This document shows positions 35,608 to 45,638 of a stretch of 55,989 nt of DNA, piece by piece. The notes under the pieces are model-generated. The model was given only the letters and a program-made list of their open reading frames with translations. It searched no databases and was not told the DNA's origin. Source of the stretch: Eubacteriales bacterium. Its GTDB lineage: Bacteria > Bacillota > Clostridia > Oscillospirales > Oscillospiraceae. The stretch covers positions 1,926-57,914 of the forward strand of contig JAUNNC010000003.1 of assembly GCA_030531585.1 (NCBI GenBank). Reading direction: 5' to 3'. Position numbers and translations under genes: made by a program. Numbering within the stretch: position 1 is the stretch's first letter; every line of letters begins with the position of its first letter.

Positions 35608-38298
35608 TTACCGCATCACCGCGCCGAAGCGGTCGCCCAGCGCCTTGAGGACCTTCGCCACCGTCTCCCCGGCGTGGTCGTCGGTGAGCGTCTGGTCGTC
35701 CGAGCGCATGGTCAGCGAGAAGGCCACCGACTTCATGCCGTGTGCGATGTGGCTGCCCGTATAGACGTCGAAGAGCGTGCAGTCCTTGAGGTACTCTCCG
35801 CCGTTTGCGAGGATGCAGTCGACCATCTCACCCACGGGGATCGACGCCTTGCAGACCACCGCAATGTCGCGCGTGACCGAGGGGAAACGCGGCAGCGGCC
35901 TGTAAACCGGACGCGCGCCCTTGACCGCGGCCAGCGCGTCAAAGCTCAGCTCGGCACAGTAGAATTCCGCGTCGACGCCGTAGTTGGCCGCGACCAGCGG
36001 GTGGACCTGGCCGAACACACCCACGCAGGTCTCGCCCACATACACCTTCGCGCAGCGGCCGGGGTGGTAGGAGGGGTTGGCCTTCTCCGCGACAAAGCGG
36101 GGCTTGCCGGTCCCGAGGTCCCTCAGCAGCGCCTCGACCCAGCCCTTGAGCACGAAGAAGTCCATCTTCTCGCCGTAGGCGCCGAGCGAGACGATGCGCG
36201 GCTCGTCAGCCATGCCGTCCGGGCGCTTGAGGTAGATGCGGCCGATCTCGTACAGGGCCGCCGCCTTGTTGCGGTAGTTGTAGTTGCGCGTCAGGATCTC
36301 CAGCATCGAGGGCAGGATCGTCGTGCGCATGATCGAGGTGTCCTCGCCCAGAGGGTTAAGGATGCGCAGGCTGTCGCGCCGCGGATCGTCCGGGCTCCAG
36401 CGGATCTTGTCGTAATACGACGGGCTGATGAAGGAGTAGGTGATGATCTCGTCCAGGCCCATGCTGCGGCAGCAGGCGCCGAGCTGCCGCTCGAGCTGCT
36501 GCAGCTCGCTGTAGCCGCCCGCCGTGGTCTGGCCGCCGGCAAACGCGGTCGGGATCTCGTTGTAGCCGTAGAAACGGGCGACCTCCTCGGCGATGTCGGA
36601 GTAGTGCTCCACATCCGCGCGCCAGGAGGGCACGTGGATCACGTCGCCCTCGAGCGTGAAGCCGAGGCGCACAAGGATGTCGCGCATCGTCGCCTCGTCG
36701 ATGTCGGTGCCGAGCAGGGCGTTGACCTTCTCCGGCTCAAGCTTCAGGGTGGTCTCCTCCAGCGGCTCGGAGACCACGTCGATGACGCCGCCGACGACCT
36801 CGCCCGCGCCCAGCAGCTCGATGAGCTCGCAGGCGCGCTGCACCGCCGGCCAGGTGTTCTGCGGGTCGAGGCCCTTCTCGTAGCGGCCCGACGCGTCGGT
36901 GCGCATGCCGAGCGCCGTGGCGGTGCGGCGGATCGAAGCGCCGTTGAAGTTGGCCGACTCGAAGAGGACCATGCCGGTGTCGCCCACGATCTCGCTGTTC
37001 GCGCCGCCCATGACGCCCGCCACGCCGACGGGCTTCTCGGTGTCGCAGATGCAGAGCATATTCGTCGTGAGCTTGCGGGCCGTGCCGTCCAGGGTCTGGA
37101 TGGTCTCCCCCTCGCGGGCGCAGCGGACGTGGATCTCGCCGTCCTTCACACAGGAGAAGTCGAAGGCGTGCATCGGCTGGCCGTACTCGAGCATGACGTA
37201 GTTGGTGATGTCGACGATGTTGTTGATCGGACGCATGCCCGCGTTGCGAATGCGCTCGCGCATCCAGGCGGGAGACGGGGCGATCTTTACGTTTTTGACC
37301 ATGCGCGCGGTGTAGCGCACACACAGCGGGTCCTCGATGACGATCTTCGCATAGTCGTTGATGTCGCCGCCGGCCTCGGCCTTCACGACCGGCTCGTGCA
37401 GCTTCAGGGGCTTGTTGAAGGTCACCGCCGCCTCGCGCGCCAGGCCGATCATGCACAGGCAGTCGGGGCGGTTGGGCGTGATTTCAAACTCGACCACGTG
37501 GTCGTCCATGCCGAGCAGCGCGCGCATGTCGTCGCCGGGCGCGCAGTCCTCGTGCAGGATCAGGATGCCGTCGGTGATGCAGTTGGGGAATTCCTCGGGC
37601 TTGGCGCGCAGGTCCTCGGGCGTGAGGATGCGGTTCTTCGCCGTGTCGTAGGCAACCATGTCGCCCGCGTGGAGGTTCTGGCAGTCGAAGACGGCCTCGA
37701 CGTCGCTGTCGCCGAGGGAGAGCGCCACGTCCCAGAGGTTGACGCCCGCGGGGGCCACGTCCATCACGAGGGCGGCCACGACCTTGCCGAAGATCCTGTC
37801 GCCCGCCTTGATGTCGGCGGAGATCGAGGGCTTGTCGGGGTCGAGGGGGTGGTAGTCGTTCAAAAGGGCGGCGGGCTTGATGACCGCGTAGGGGAAGTCG
37901 TGCGTGGTGCAGCCGAGCTCTTTGAGCGAGCAGAGCATCCCGTCGGACTTCACGCCGCGCAGCTTGCCCTTCATGATCTTCGCGCCGTTCGGCAGCAGGG
38001 CGTTGTGCAGGGCCGTGGGGACCAGGTCGCCCACATGCACGTTCCAGGCACCGGTGCAGATCTGGCGGGGCTCGCCCTCGCCGACGTCGACCATCACGAC
38101 CAGCATGTGGTCGGAATTCGGGTGCTTGTCGAGCTTGACGATGCGCCCGACCACCACGTTTTTGATTTTGACGCTCAGGTCCTCGGTGACCTCCACCTTG
38201 GAGCCGGAGATGCTCATGGCCTCGGCGAAGCTGCGGTCGTCGACCTCCGAGAGCGGAAGGTCCACGAACTCATTGAGCCATTTTCTGGATAGATCCAT
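35608..38298 (-). CDS. pheT: Phenylalanine--tRNA ligase beta subunit
   Basis: 896 aa. Starts MDLSRKWLNEFVDL. Has tRNA-binding, B3/4, B5 and FDX-ACB domains. Lies 14 nt downstream of pheS. Confidence 0.96.
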   Translation of the reverse strand: MDLSRKWLNEFVDLPLSEVDDRSFAEAMSISGSKVEVTEDLSVKIKNVVVGRIVKLDKHPNSDHMLVVMVDVGEGEPRQICTGAWNVHVGDLVPTALHNALLPNGAKIMKGKLRGVKSDGMLCSLKELGCTTHDFPYAVIKPAALLNDYHPLDPDKPSISADIKAGDRIFGKVVAALVMDVAPAGVNLWDVALSLGDSDVEAVFDCQNLHAGDMVAYDTAKNRILTPEDLRAKPEEFPNCITDGILILHEDCAPGDDMRALLGMDDHVVEFEITPNRPDCLCMIGLAREAAVTFNKPLKLHEPVVKAEAGGDINDYAKIVIEDPLCVRYTARMVKNVKIAPSPAWMRERIRNAGMRPINNIVDITNYVMLEYGQPMHAFDFSCVKDGEIHVRCAREGETIQTLDGTARKLTTNMLCICDTEKPVGVAGVMGGANSEIVGDTGMVLFESANFNGASIRRTATALGMRTDASGRYEKGLDPQNTWPAVQRACELIELLGAGEVVGGVIDVVSEPLEETTLKLEPEKVNALLGTDIDEATMRDILVRLGFTLEGDVIHVPSWRADVEHYSDIAEEVARFYGYNEIPTAFAGGQTTAGGYSELQQLERQLGACCRSMGLDEIITYSFISPSYYDKIRWSPDDPRRDSLRILNPLGEDTSIMRTTILPSMLEILTRNYNYRNKAAALYEIGRIYLKRPDGMADEPRIVSLGAYGEKMDFFVLKGWVEALLRDLGTGKPRFVAEKANPSYHPGRCAKVYVGETCVGVFGQVHPLVAANYGVDAEFYCAELSFDALAAVKGARPVYRPLPRFPSVTRDIAVVCKASIPVGEMVDCILANGGEYLKDCTLFDVYTGSHIAHGMKSVAFSLTMRSDDQTLTDDHAGETVAKVLKALGDRFGAVMR

Positions 38299-38312
38299 CT
38301 GTCTGCCCTCCC

Positions 38313-39338
38313 TTAGAACTGCTCGAGGAATCTGACGTCGTTCTCGAAGATCAGACGCAGATCCGTGATCTTGTACTCACCCATGGCCAGACGCTCCAGG
38401 CCCATGCCGAAGGCCCAGCCGGAGTAGACGTCCGGGTCGATGCCGCAGCCGGCGAGCACCTTGGGGTGCACCATGCCGGCGCCGAGGACCTCGATCCAGC
38501 CCTCGCCCTTGCAGGTCGGGCAGCCCTTGCCGCCGCACTTGTGGCACTGGATGTCCAGCTCGCAGCTCGGCTCGGTGAACGGGAAGTGGTGCGGACGGAA
38601 GCGGGTAACCGTGCCCTTGCCGTAGATCTGCTCCACGACGAGGTTCAATGTCGCCTTGAGGTCGGCCATGGTGATGCCCTTGTCGATGACCATGCCCTCG
38701 ATCTGGTGGAACATCGGGGAGTGGGTGGCGTCCACCTCGTCCTTGCGGTAGACGCGGCCCGGGGCGATCATGCGGATCGGCAGGGGTCTGGTCTCCATCG
38801 CGTGCACCTGCATCGGCGAGGTCTGGGTGCGCAGGCAGACCCTGCCGTCCTCGGTGAAATAGAAGGTGTCGGTCCAGTCGCGGGAGGGGTGGCTCTCCTC
38901 GATGTTGAGCTTGGTAAAGTTGTACTCGGACAGCTCCACCTCGGGGCCGTCCACGATCTCATAGCCCATGCCGATGAAGATCTCCTTGATCTGGTCAAGG
39001 ACGTTGTACATCGGGTGCTTGTGGCCCGCCGGCTGCTCGACGCCCGGGAGCGTCACGTCGACGGCCTCGGCCTCAAGCTTCTTTTCCAGCATGACCTTGC
39101 CGAGCATGGTCTTGCGCAGCTCGATGGCCTCCTCGATCTCCGCGCGCAGCTGGTTGGCCAGCTGGCCCATGACCGGGCGCTCCTCGGGGCTGAGCTTGCC
39201 CATCTGGCGCAGGATGGACGTCAGCTCTCCCTTTTTGCCGAGATAGCGGACGCGGAGGGCTTCCACGCTCTCGGGGCTGTCGGTTTCGCTGATCGCCTTC
39301 AGGGACGCCTCCCTGAGGCTCTGCATGAGTTCTTTCAT
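38313..39338 (-). CDS. pheS: Phenylalanine--tRNA ligase alpha subunit
   Basis: 341 codons from ATG at 39338 (AGGAG upstream). Class II motifs are present: HPSRDWTDTFY, FRPHHFPFTEPS and GWAFGMGLERLAM. The track ORF start at 39470 lies inside the T-box leader and is rejected. Confidence 0.96.
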   Translation of the reverse strand: MKELMQSLREASLKAISETDSPESVEALRVRYLGKKGELTSILRQMGKLSPEERPVMGQLANQLRAEIEEAIELRKTMLGKVMLEKKLEAEAVDVTLPGVEQPAGHKHPMYNVLDQIKEIFIGMGYEIVDGPEVELSEYNFTKLNIEESHPSRDWTDTFYFTEDGRVCLRTQTSPMQVHAMETRPLPIRMIAPGRVYRKDEVDATHSPMFHQIEGMVIDKGITMADLKATLNLVVEQIYGKGTVTRFRPHHFPFTEPSCELDIQCHKCGGKGCPTCKGEGWIEVLGAGMVHPKVLAGCGIDPDVYSGWAFGMGLERLAMGEYKITDLRLIFENDVRFLEQF

Positions 39339-39344
39339 ACGCTC

Positions 39345-39592
39345 TCTACTCCTGTACATAAGAATAAACAAAAAAGCCTCCGCCCCAGAAGGGACGAAAG
39401 CCAGGCTTCCGCGGTACCACCCACGTTCGGTCATGCAAACCGCACTCCAGCCGCTTAACGCGCGGCGCACGCCGGTGATTGGCCGGAGCTCCCGGGCGAA
39501 CCAAGCGCCTGCTTTTCCCGGGGGCTTTCAGCCGCCGACCCCCGGTCTCTGCCAAAAACAGTGTGCGCTATTTTCCCGTTCTTCGCAATGAC
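39345..39592 (-). promoter_or_regulatory. T-box leader (tRNA-sensing riboswitch) of pheST
   Basis: Minus strand contains the T-box sequence AACGTGGGTGGTACCGCGG (complement of 39409-39427). This is followed by a terminator helix and a U-run (GGAGGCTTTTTTG). An upstream AGAGA element is present, and a UUC (Phe) triplet sits in ...CTTGGTTCGCCCGGG..., a position compatible with the specifier loop. The fold was not checked. Confidence 0.85.
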
Positions 39593-39598
39593 AAAAGA

Positions 39599-39627
39599 AA
39601 GTTATCACATTTCCACAGAAAATGCAA
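39599..39627 (-). promoter_or_regulatory. Promoter TTGCAT-17-TAACTT (TG-extended) for the T-box/pheST transcript
   Basis: Minus strand has TTGCAT (39627-39622), a 17-nt spacer ending in TGA, and TAACTT (39604-39599). Confidence 0.45.
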
Positions 39628-39697
39628 GCTATTTTTGAGCATTTTGCGAGACGGGCAGGCATAGGGTTTAGCAATCCACAACACATCGGAGGTCATC

Positions 39698-40291
39698 ATG
39701 AAACGAATGCTGCCAATCCTGCTCTGCCTCTGTCTGCTGCTGGCGGGCTGCGGCAGGGACGGGGCCGAGCGCGACTTCGAGAGCTTCTCCGAGCGGCTCA
39801 ACACTCTGGACGCCCTGCGCTTTACCGCCAAAGTGCGCGCCGAGTACGAGCACAAGACCGCCCGCTTCACGCTCGCCTACGAGGAGAACGCCGAGGGCGG
39901 GCGCGTCACCGTCCTGGCCCCCGAGCTGATCCGCGGCGTCTCGGCCCGCTTCAAGCCCGGCGGCACGACGCTCGAGTACGACAGCGTGGTGCTTGACACC
40001 GGCTCGCTCGACTCCTTCGGGCTGTCGCCCATGTCCTCGCTGCCGGTGCTCCTGCACGCCATGCGCGTCGGCCATGCCGAAAGCTTCCGGGAGGAGGACG
40101 GTCAGACGGTCGTGCAGCTCGCGCCGGACGACAAGCTCCTGTGCACGGTCTGGTTTGACAAAGGCCCGCTGCGCCCGGTCCGGGCCGAGCTCGTGACCGA
40201 CGGCCGCGTCACCGTCGTCGTTGAGATCAATGACTGGCAGGAGGGCGGCGCGCTCCCGGCTTCCCCGCCCCCCGCGGCGCAGGCGGAATAA
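39698..40291 (+). CDS. Hypothetical lipoprotein
   Basis: 197 aa. The signal peptide with lipobox is LLLAGC-G. The mature part is beta-rich and may be LolA-like; this is a guess only. Confidence 0.7.
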   Translation: MKRMLPILLCLCLLLAGCGRDGAERDFESFSERLNTLDALRFTAKVRAEYEHKTARFTLAYEENAEGGRVTVLAPELIRGVSARFKPGGTTLEYDSVVLDTGSLDSFGLSPMSSLPVLLHAMRVGHAESFREEDGQTVVQLAPDDKLLCTVWFDKGPLRPVRAELVTDGRVTVVVEINDWQEGGALPASPPPAAQAE

Positions 40292-40293
40292 AG

Positions 40294-40322
40294 AAAAAGC
40301 AGCCCGAGGGCTGCTTTTTCTT
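40294..40322. terminator. Bidirectional terminator
   Basis: AAAAAGCAGCCC-GA-GGGCTGCTTTTTCTTT, between the convergent lipoprotein and tctA genes. Confidence 0.75.
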
Positions 40323-40336
40323 TATTGGAACAGAGA

Positions 40337-41896
40337 TCAGTCGTTCTCGACGTCGATGTCCACGACCTCGTCGGGACTCTCGGGGTCGGCGCCGGTGGCC
40401 TCCTTCTCGGCCTTCTTCTCCAGCTTGCCCATAAACATCGGGGAGAGGATGCCGACGACGCACAGGGCGATCAGCACCCAGCAGACCACGGAGGAGAACA
40501 GGATCTTCGGGTCGCCGCCGGAGATCTTGAGGGCGTTTCTGAGGCCCTTCTCGCCGATGGGACCGAGGATCAGAGCCAGCACGACCGCGGCGGTGTTGAG
40601 ATCGAACTTGCGCATCAGGTAGCCGATCACGCCGAAGGTCATCATCACGACGATGTCGAGGATGTTCTTGTGGATGGCGTAGGACCCGACGCAGCACAGG
40701 ACCGTCACGCAGGGGATCAGGATCGCGTCGGACAGGCGGGAGATCTGCGCGAAGCCGCGGCAGCCCAGCAGGCCGATGCCCAGCATGAAGAACTGGACCA
40801 GCACGAAGCCCGCGAAGAAGGTGTAGGTCATGGCCGCGTATTTGCCGAAGAGCTCGGGTCCCGGGGCAAGGCCCTGGATCACGAGGCCGCCCATGAGCAC
40901 CGCGGTGACAGACTCGCCCGGGATGCCGAGGGTCAGGGTCGGGATCAGGGAGCCGCCGGTGACGGCGTTGTTCGCGGCCTCGGAGCCGGCCACGCCCTCG
41001 ATGGAGCCGTGGCCGAACGCCTCCTTGTGCTTGGAGAACTGCTTGGAGGTGTTGTAGCCCAGGAAACAGGCGATGGCGGCACCCGCGCCGGGCAGGATGC
41101 CGATGATGTTGCCGATCAGCCAGGAGCGGACGATGGTCGGGCGGATCATTTTGCGCTCGTCGCGGGTCAGGCTCATCTTGTCGGAGAACTTGGTGGCCTG
41201 GGCGCGCTCGACGATCTTCTTCTCGGCAAGGATGAAGACCTGGCTCATGGAGAACAGACCGATCAGGGCGCAGGTGGTGTTGATGCCCTCGGCGAAGTAG
41301 GCCTGGCCGAACATGACGCGCTTGGCACCGGTGACCGGGTCAAGGCCGATGGTGGACAGCAGCAGGCCGAACGCGCCGGAAATGAGGCCCTTGGTGATGG
41401 ACTTGCCGGAGACGCCCGCAATAATGGTCAGGCCGAAGATCGACAGCCAGAAATACTCCGCCGAGCGGAACTTCAGCGTCAGCTGGGCCAGCAGCGGGGC
41501 GAAGAAATACAGGGAGATGCAGCTGAGAAGGCCGCCCCAGAAGGAGGCGTAGCAGGCGGTGAACAGCGCCTTGCCCGCTTTGCCCTTCAGCGTCATCTGG
41601 TAGCCCTCGATGGCGGTGGCTGCCGAGGCGGGAGTGCCGGGGGTGTGGATCAGGATGGCGGAGATGGAGCCGCCGAAGATCGCGCCGCAGTAGATGGCGC
41701 CGAGGACGATCAGGCCGGTCTCGGCCTTCATGGTGAAGGTCAGCGGCAGCATCAGCGCCACGCCCATCGCGGCGGACAGGCCGGGCATGCAGCCGATGAC
41801 GATGCCCATGGCGACGCCCGCGGCCATCATCAGAAGGTTGATCGGGGTCAGGGCGTTGACAAAGCCCGCGCCCATCAGCGATAAGGTTTCAAGCAT
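40337..41896 (-). CDS. tctA: Tripartite tricarboxylate transporter large permease TctA
   Basis: 519 aa. Starts MLETLSLMGAGFVNALTPINLLMMAAGVAMGIVIGCMPGLSAAMGVALMLP. Has about 12 TM helices typical of the TctA family. Confidence 0.9.
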   Translation of the reverse strand: MLETLSLMGAGFVNALTPINLLMMAAGVAMGIVIGCMPGLSAAMGVALMLPLTFTMKAETGLIVLGAIYCGAIFGGSISAILIHTPGTPASAATAIEGYQMTLKGKAGKALFTACYASFWGGLLSCISLYFFAPLLAQLTLKFRSAEYFWLSIFGLTIIAGVSGKSITKGLISGAFGLLLSTIGLDPVTGAKRVMFGQAYFAEGINTTCALIGLFSMSQVFILAEKKIVERAQATKFSDKMSLTRDERKMIRPTIVRSWLIGNIIGILPGAGAAIACFLGYNTSKQFSKHKEAFGHGSIEGVAGSEAANNAVTGGSLIPTLTLGIPGESVTAVLMGGLVIQGLAPGPELFGKYAAMTYTFFAGFVLVQFFMLGIGLLGCRGFAQISRLSDAILIPCVTVLCCVGSYAIHKNILDIVVMMTFGVIGYLMRKFDLNTAAVVLALILGPIGEKGLRNALKISGGDPKILFSSVVCWVLIALCVVGILSPMFMGKLEKKAEKEATGADPESPDEVVDIDVEND

Positions 41897-41911
41897 CTTC
41901 TTCGTCCTCCT

Positions 41912-42166
41912 TTAACGCAGCGCCTTGATGACGGTGCCGACCGGGAGCCTCACGCCGAGGAACTTGCCGAAGGCAAAGTAGACCAGCGCGAGGATCGCGA
42001 CGATGGCGATCGCGGAGTGCAGATAGGGGACCTTCAGGTACAGCAGGATCGCGGCCATGAAGATCACCGTGGAGATGTAGAAGCCGAAGAAGTACATCAG
42101 CACCACATAGGCGATCGCGCCGCCGAGGCACACGAGCAGCTGGACCGGCTGCACATCCGCGAACAC
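41912..42166 (-). CDS. TctB-like small membrane subunit, short (84 aa)
   Basis: Three hydrophobic helices directly upstream of tctA. Shorter than the usual ~140-aa, four-helix TctB. The ORF begins right after the terminator of the upstream gene. Confidence 0.5.
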   Translation of the reverse strand: MFADVQPVQLLVCLGGAIAYVVLMYFFGFYISTVIFMAAILLYLKVPYLHSAIAIVAILALVYFAFGKFLGVRLPVGTVIKALR

Positions 42167-42194
42167 CTTTGTGGAGAATCGACCAAAATGAACG

Positions 42195-42224
42195 CCCGGG
42201 AATGGGCATTATGCCATTCCCGGG
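42195..42224 (-). terminator. Hairpin terminator after the vanY-like gene
   Basis: CCCGGGAATGG...CCATTCCCGGG (11-bp stem). Confidence 0.55.
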
Positions 42225-42236
42225 CGGGAGCTCCCC

Positions 42237-43070
42237 TCAGGGCAGGGGCATGTAGTATGTTTCAAGATATTCCTCGAGCGTCAGGCCGAGCTCGCGGATC
42301 TCCTGCGCGGTCTCCACGCCCACGTAGCGGTAGTGCCAGGGCTCGTAGATGATGCCGGTGATCTCGCTCTTTTCGTTGGGATAGCGCAGGATGAAGCCGT
42401 AGTCCCAGCAGTGCTCCATCAGCCAGCGCTGCGTCGGGCTGTTCTCCTGCTCCTCGTCCAGATACGGATAGCCCTCGTCGATGATGTCCACGGCGAGGCC
42501 CAGCTGGTGCTCGCTCGTCCCGGGGCGCGCCACCGATCTGGCCGCGATCTCCGGCGCGTCGTCCCACGCCACGCCGTCATACTCCACCAGGCGCATGATC
42601 TTGTTGCGAAACAGCGCCGTCTGCTTCTCCATCGTGCGGTAGCCGGAGATCACCAGCGGACGGTTCCCCTCGGCGGCGCAGTCGTCGATCATCTGCAGCA
42701 GCGGTCCCGCGGCCCGCGTGTCCATATACTGCTCCTCCTCGAGCCCCCAGGTCACGCGCTCCAGCCCCTCGGGCTCGTAGTCCTCCGGCACCTCGTGCCA
42801 GGGGTTGACGAGGATCAGCAGCGGCGTGCGCTCGCGCAGGATCGGCGTCGGCTCCGGAGTCGGGGTGGGCTTCGGGGTCGGCCTCGGGGTCGGCTTGGGC
42901 GTCGGCTCCGGGCTCGGCGCGACGGTCGGGATCGGCGGGAGCGGCTCGGCAACCGTGTCAAGGAGCAGCGTCCAGTCCGTGGCCAGCAGCGTATAAATGC
43001 CGAGCAGTCCGAGCAGGATCAGGACAAGCAGCGTCACAATGCCGATCCGGCTTTTGGTGTCCAGTTCCAA
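42237..43070 (-). CDS. VanY-type D-alanyl-D-alanine carboxypeptidase (M15B), membrane-anchored with a Pro/Thr-rich linker
   Basis: 277 aa. Has a TM anchor and the linker PSPEPTPKPTPRPTPKPTPTPEPTP. The zinc/catalytic motifs are SEHQLGLAVD and EPWHYRYVG. Confidence 0.9.
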   Translation of the reverse strand: MELDTKSRIGIVTLLVLILLGLLGIYTLLATDWTLLLDTVAEPLPPIPTVAPSPEPTPKPTPRPTPKPTPTPEPTPILRERTPLLILVNPWHEVPEDYEPEGLERVTWGLEEEQYMDTRAAGPLLQMIDDCAAEGNRPLVISGYRTMEKQTALFRNKIMRLVEYDGVAWDDAPEIAARSVARPGTSEHQLGLAVDIIDEGYPYLDEEQENSPTQRWLMEHCWDYGFILRYPNEKSEITGIIYEPWHYRYVGVETAQEIRELGLTLEEYLETYYMPLP

Positions 43071-43084
43071 GTGCTTCGCCTCCG

Positions 43085-43639
43085 TCAGAGTATGCCCATG
43101 TGCTCCAGCAGGATCTTCAGGCCGATGAAGATCAGGATCACGCCGCCCGCGAGCTCCGCCTTCGCCTTGTACTTCAGGCCGAAGACATGGCCGATGTATA
43201 CGCCGAGGGCCGAGAGCAGAAAGGTCGTCAGGCCGATCAGCCCGGCCGCGGGCAGGATGCGCACCGAGAGGAACGCAAAGGTGATGCCGACCGCCAGTGC
43301 GTCGATGCTCGTGGCGACCGCCAGCAGCAGCATCGTGCGGAAGCTCAGATCGTCGTCCAGCTCCTCGGCCTTCTTCGCCTCGCGGATCATGCCGACGCCG
43401 ATCGCCGTCAGCAGCACAAAGGCGATCCAGTGGTCGATGCTGGTGATGAAATGCTCGAAGCGGTAGCCGAGCAGCCAGCCGAGTACGGGCATCAGCGCCT
43501 GAAAGCCGCCGAAATACAGGCCGACCAGCGCGGCGTGCTTCGGCTTGAGCTCCTTCAGGCTCAAGCCCTTGCAGACCGAGACCGCGAAGGCGTCCATGCT
43601 CAGCCCGACCGCGATCAGGATCAGTTCAAACAAGCTCAC
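43085..43639 (-). CDS. mntP: Manganese efflux pump MntP
   Basis: 184 aa. Has [10 protein letters not shown] in the N-half and the repeated [11 protein letters not shown] in the C-half. Confidence 0.88.
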   Translation of the reverse strand: MSLFELILIAVGLSMDAFAVSVCKGLSLKELKPKHAALVGLYFGGFQALMPVLGWLLGYRFEHFITSIDHWIAFVLLTAIGVGMIREAKKAEELDDDLSFRTMLLLAVATSIDALAVGITFAFLSVRILPAAGLIGLTTFLLSALGVYIGHVFGLKYKAKAELAGGVILIFIGLKILLEHMGIL

Positions 43640-43653
43640 AATCAGTCGCCTCT

Positions 43654-44295
43654 TTATTCGTCGAGTTTATAGGTGATGTCCTTCTCATAGCTCAGGCGCG
43701 GCTCGGTATGGCGGAAAATCCGCACGATCGAGGGGATGTGCCGGAGGATCACCAGCCCCGCCGTCATCATCGTCAGGCGCAGCAGCAGCGCGTCGTCGAT
43801 GACCAGCACCGCCACCAGCAGGCTCGCCAGCGCGCCGACCGTGGTGCCGAGGGAGATGTAGCGCGTGAGCACGATGACCGCGCCGATCACGATGGCCGAG
43901 GCGACGCCCACCGAGGGCTGCACCGCAAAGGCCGCCGCCGCGAAGGCGATCGAGGCGTCGCTGCCCCGAAAGCCGTAGATCGCCGGCCAGAGCCGGGCGA
44001 GCACCAGCACGAAGCCCGCAAACGCGCGCCCCGCGTCGGCGTGGCCCTTGATCCCCAGCAGCACCGAGCCGAGCAGCAGCGGCAGCGCGTCGCGGATCAG
44101 CTCCACCGCCAGCAGCTTCACAAAGCCCTTGACGCCGTAGATGCGGTAGAAATTCGACAGCCATACGTCGGGGCCGCCCAGGCGGCGGAGGTTGCGGTGA
44201 AAGACAAAGTTCGACGCGAGCACCAGCGTGTCCAGACTGCCGATCAGGTAGGCAAAGATCGCCGTCGTCAGCAGCAGAACCCAGTAGACGATCAT
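43654..44295 (-). CDS. plsY: Glycerol-3-phosphate acyltransferase PlsY
   Basis: 213 codons from ATG at 44295, which overlaps the der stop (ATGA). A hydrophobic protein in the conserved der-plsY arrangement. It is more divergent than typical PlsY. Confidence 0.8.
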   Translation of the reverse strand: MIVYWVLLLTTAIFAYLIGSLDTLVLASNFVFHRNLRRLGGPDVWLSNFYRIYGVKGFVKLLAVELIRDALPLLLGSVLLGIKGHADAGRAFAGFVLVLARLWPAIYGFRGSDASIAFAAAAFAVQPSVGVASAIVIGAVIVLTRYISLGTTVGALASLLVAVLVIDDALLLRLTMMTAGLVILRHIPSIVRIFRHTEPRLSYEKDITYKLDE

Positions 44296-45617
44296 TCCTT
44301 GTCTCCTTTCTGGCGGATCACGATGCGCACCGGCGTCCCCTCCAGACCGAACACGGAGCGGATCTGGTTCTCCAGATAGCGCTGGTAGGAGAAATGGAAC
44401 AGCTCGCGGCTGTTGCAGAAGATGACGAAGCAGGGCGGCTTGATCCCGGTCTGCGTCATGTAGTAGATCTTGAGGCGGCGGCCCTTGTCCGTGGGCGGCT
44501 GGACGCGCGCCTGCGCGTCGGCCAGGACGTTGTTGAGCATGCCGGTCGAAATGCGCATGCTGCTCTGGTCGTTGACGAAGTTGATCAGCTCGAAGAGGCG
44601 GTCCGTGCGCTGCCCGGTCAGGGCCGAGATGAACAGCACCGGCGCGTAGCTCATGAAGCTCAGGTCGCGCATGACGTCCTTGCGCATCTTCTCCATGGTG
44701 CCGGTCTCCTTTTCGACCAGGTCCCACTTGTTGACCACAAGGATGCTCGCCTTGCCCGCCTCGTGCGCGAGCCCCGCGATCTTGGTATCCTGCTCGGTCA
44801 CGCCGTCGCGCGCGTCGATCAGGATCAGGCAGACGTCCGCCCGCTCGATGGCGAGCTGCGCGCGCATGACCGAGAACTTCTCCACCCGCTCCTCGACCTT
44901 CGACTTGCGGCGGATGCCCGCCGTGTCGATGAACATGTAGCGGCCGTGCTCGTTTTCAAACAGCGTGTCCACCGCGTCGCGCGTCGTGCCGGCCATGTCG
45001 CTGACGATCAGGCGCTTCTCGCCGAGGATGCGGTTGATGAGCGAGGACTTGCCCACGTTCGGCTTGCCGATGACCGCGACCTTGATGCAGTCGCCCTCGG
45101 CGTCGTCCTCCTCCGCGGGCGGGAAGTGCTTTACACAGGCGTCCAGCAGGTCGCCGGTCCCGTGGCCGTGGATCGCCGAGACCGCGATGGGATCGCCCAG
45201 GCCGAGCTCGTAAAACTCGTACACCGCCGGGTCCTCCGCGCCGGTGGAGTCGGCCTTGTTCACGGCCAGCACCACGGGCTTGCGCGCGCGCAGCAGCATG
45301 TTGGCCACGTCCTTGTCCGCGGCCGTGACGCCCGTGCGGATGTCGGTCACGAGTACGACCACCGTCGCCGTGTCGATGGCGATCTGCGCCTGCTCGCGCA
45401 TGAACAGCAGAATCTCGCTGTCGGTCGTCGGCTCGATGCCGCCGGTGTCGACCATGTCGAAGGTACGGCCGCACCACTCGCAGGGCGCGTAGAGCCGGTC
45501 GCGCGTCACGCCCGGCGTGTCCTCCACGATGCTCAGGCGCTGACCGACCAGGCGGTTGAAGAGCATGGACTTGCCCACGTTCGGGCGGCCCACTATGGCG
45601 ACAAGAGGTCTTGACAT
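44292..45617 (-). CDS. der: Ribosome-biogenesis GTPase Der (EngA)
   Basis: 441 aa. Has two G domains (GRPNVGKS and GKPNVGKS; DTGG and DTAG; NKAD and NKWD) plus a KH-like C-terminus. Confidence 0.96.
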   Translation of the reverse strand: MSRPLVAIVGRPNVGKSMLFNRLVGQRLSIVEDTPGVTRDRLYAPCEWCGRTFDMVDTGGIEPTTDSEILLFMREQAQIAIDTATVVVLVTDIRTGVTAADKDVANMLLRARKPVVLAVNKADSTGAEDPAVYEFYELGLGDPIAVSAIHGHGTGDLLDACVKHFPPAEEDDAEGDCIKVAVIGKPNVGKSSLINRILGEKRLIVSDMAGTTRDAVDTLFENEHGRYMFIDTAGIRRKSKVEERVEKFSVMRAQLAIERADVCLILIDARDGVTEQDTKIAGLAHEAGKASILVVNKWDLVEKETGTMEKMRKDVMRDLSFMSYAPVLFISALTGQRTDRLFELINFVNDQSSMRISTGMLNNVLADAQARVQPPTDKGRRLKIYYMTQTGIKPPCFVIFCNSRELFHFSYQRYLENQIRSVFGLEGTPVRIVIRQKGDKE

Positions 45618-45638
45618 TTCAGACCCTCCTTGAAATAC

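Noticed and set aside
38313-39470. Longer pheS start at 39470, and similar long N-terminal extensions in the track (26256 for the ParB-BMP gene, 26187 for the ATPase, 18484, 15684, 51013, 53916).
   Set aside because: In each case an internal ATG or GTG with a good Shine-Dalgarno sequence gives the family-typical N-terminus. The extension would run through a promoter, a T-box leader or the upstream gene.
43640-43653. Looked for a yybP-ykoY manganese riboswitch upstream of mntP.
   Set aside because: Only 14 nt separate mntP from the plsY stop, so there is no room for a leader. mntP appears co-transcribed with der-plsY.
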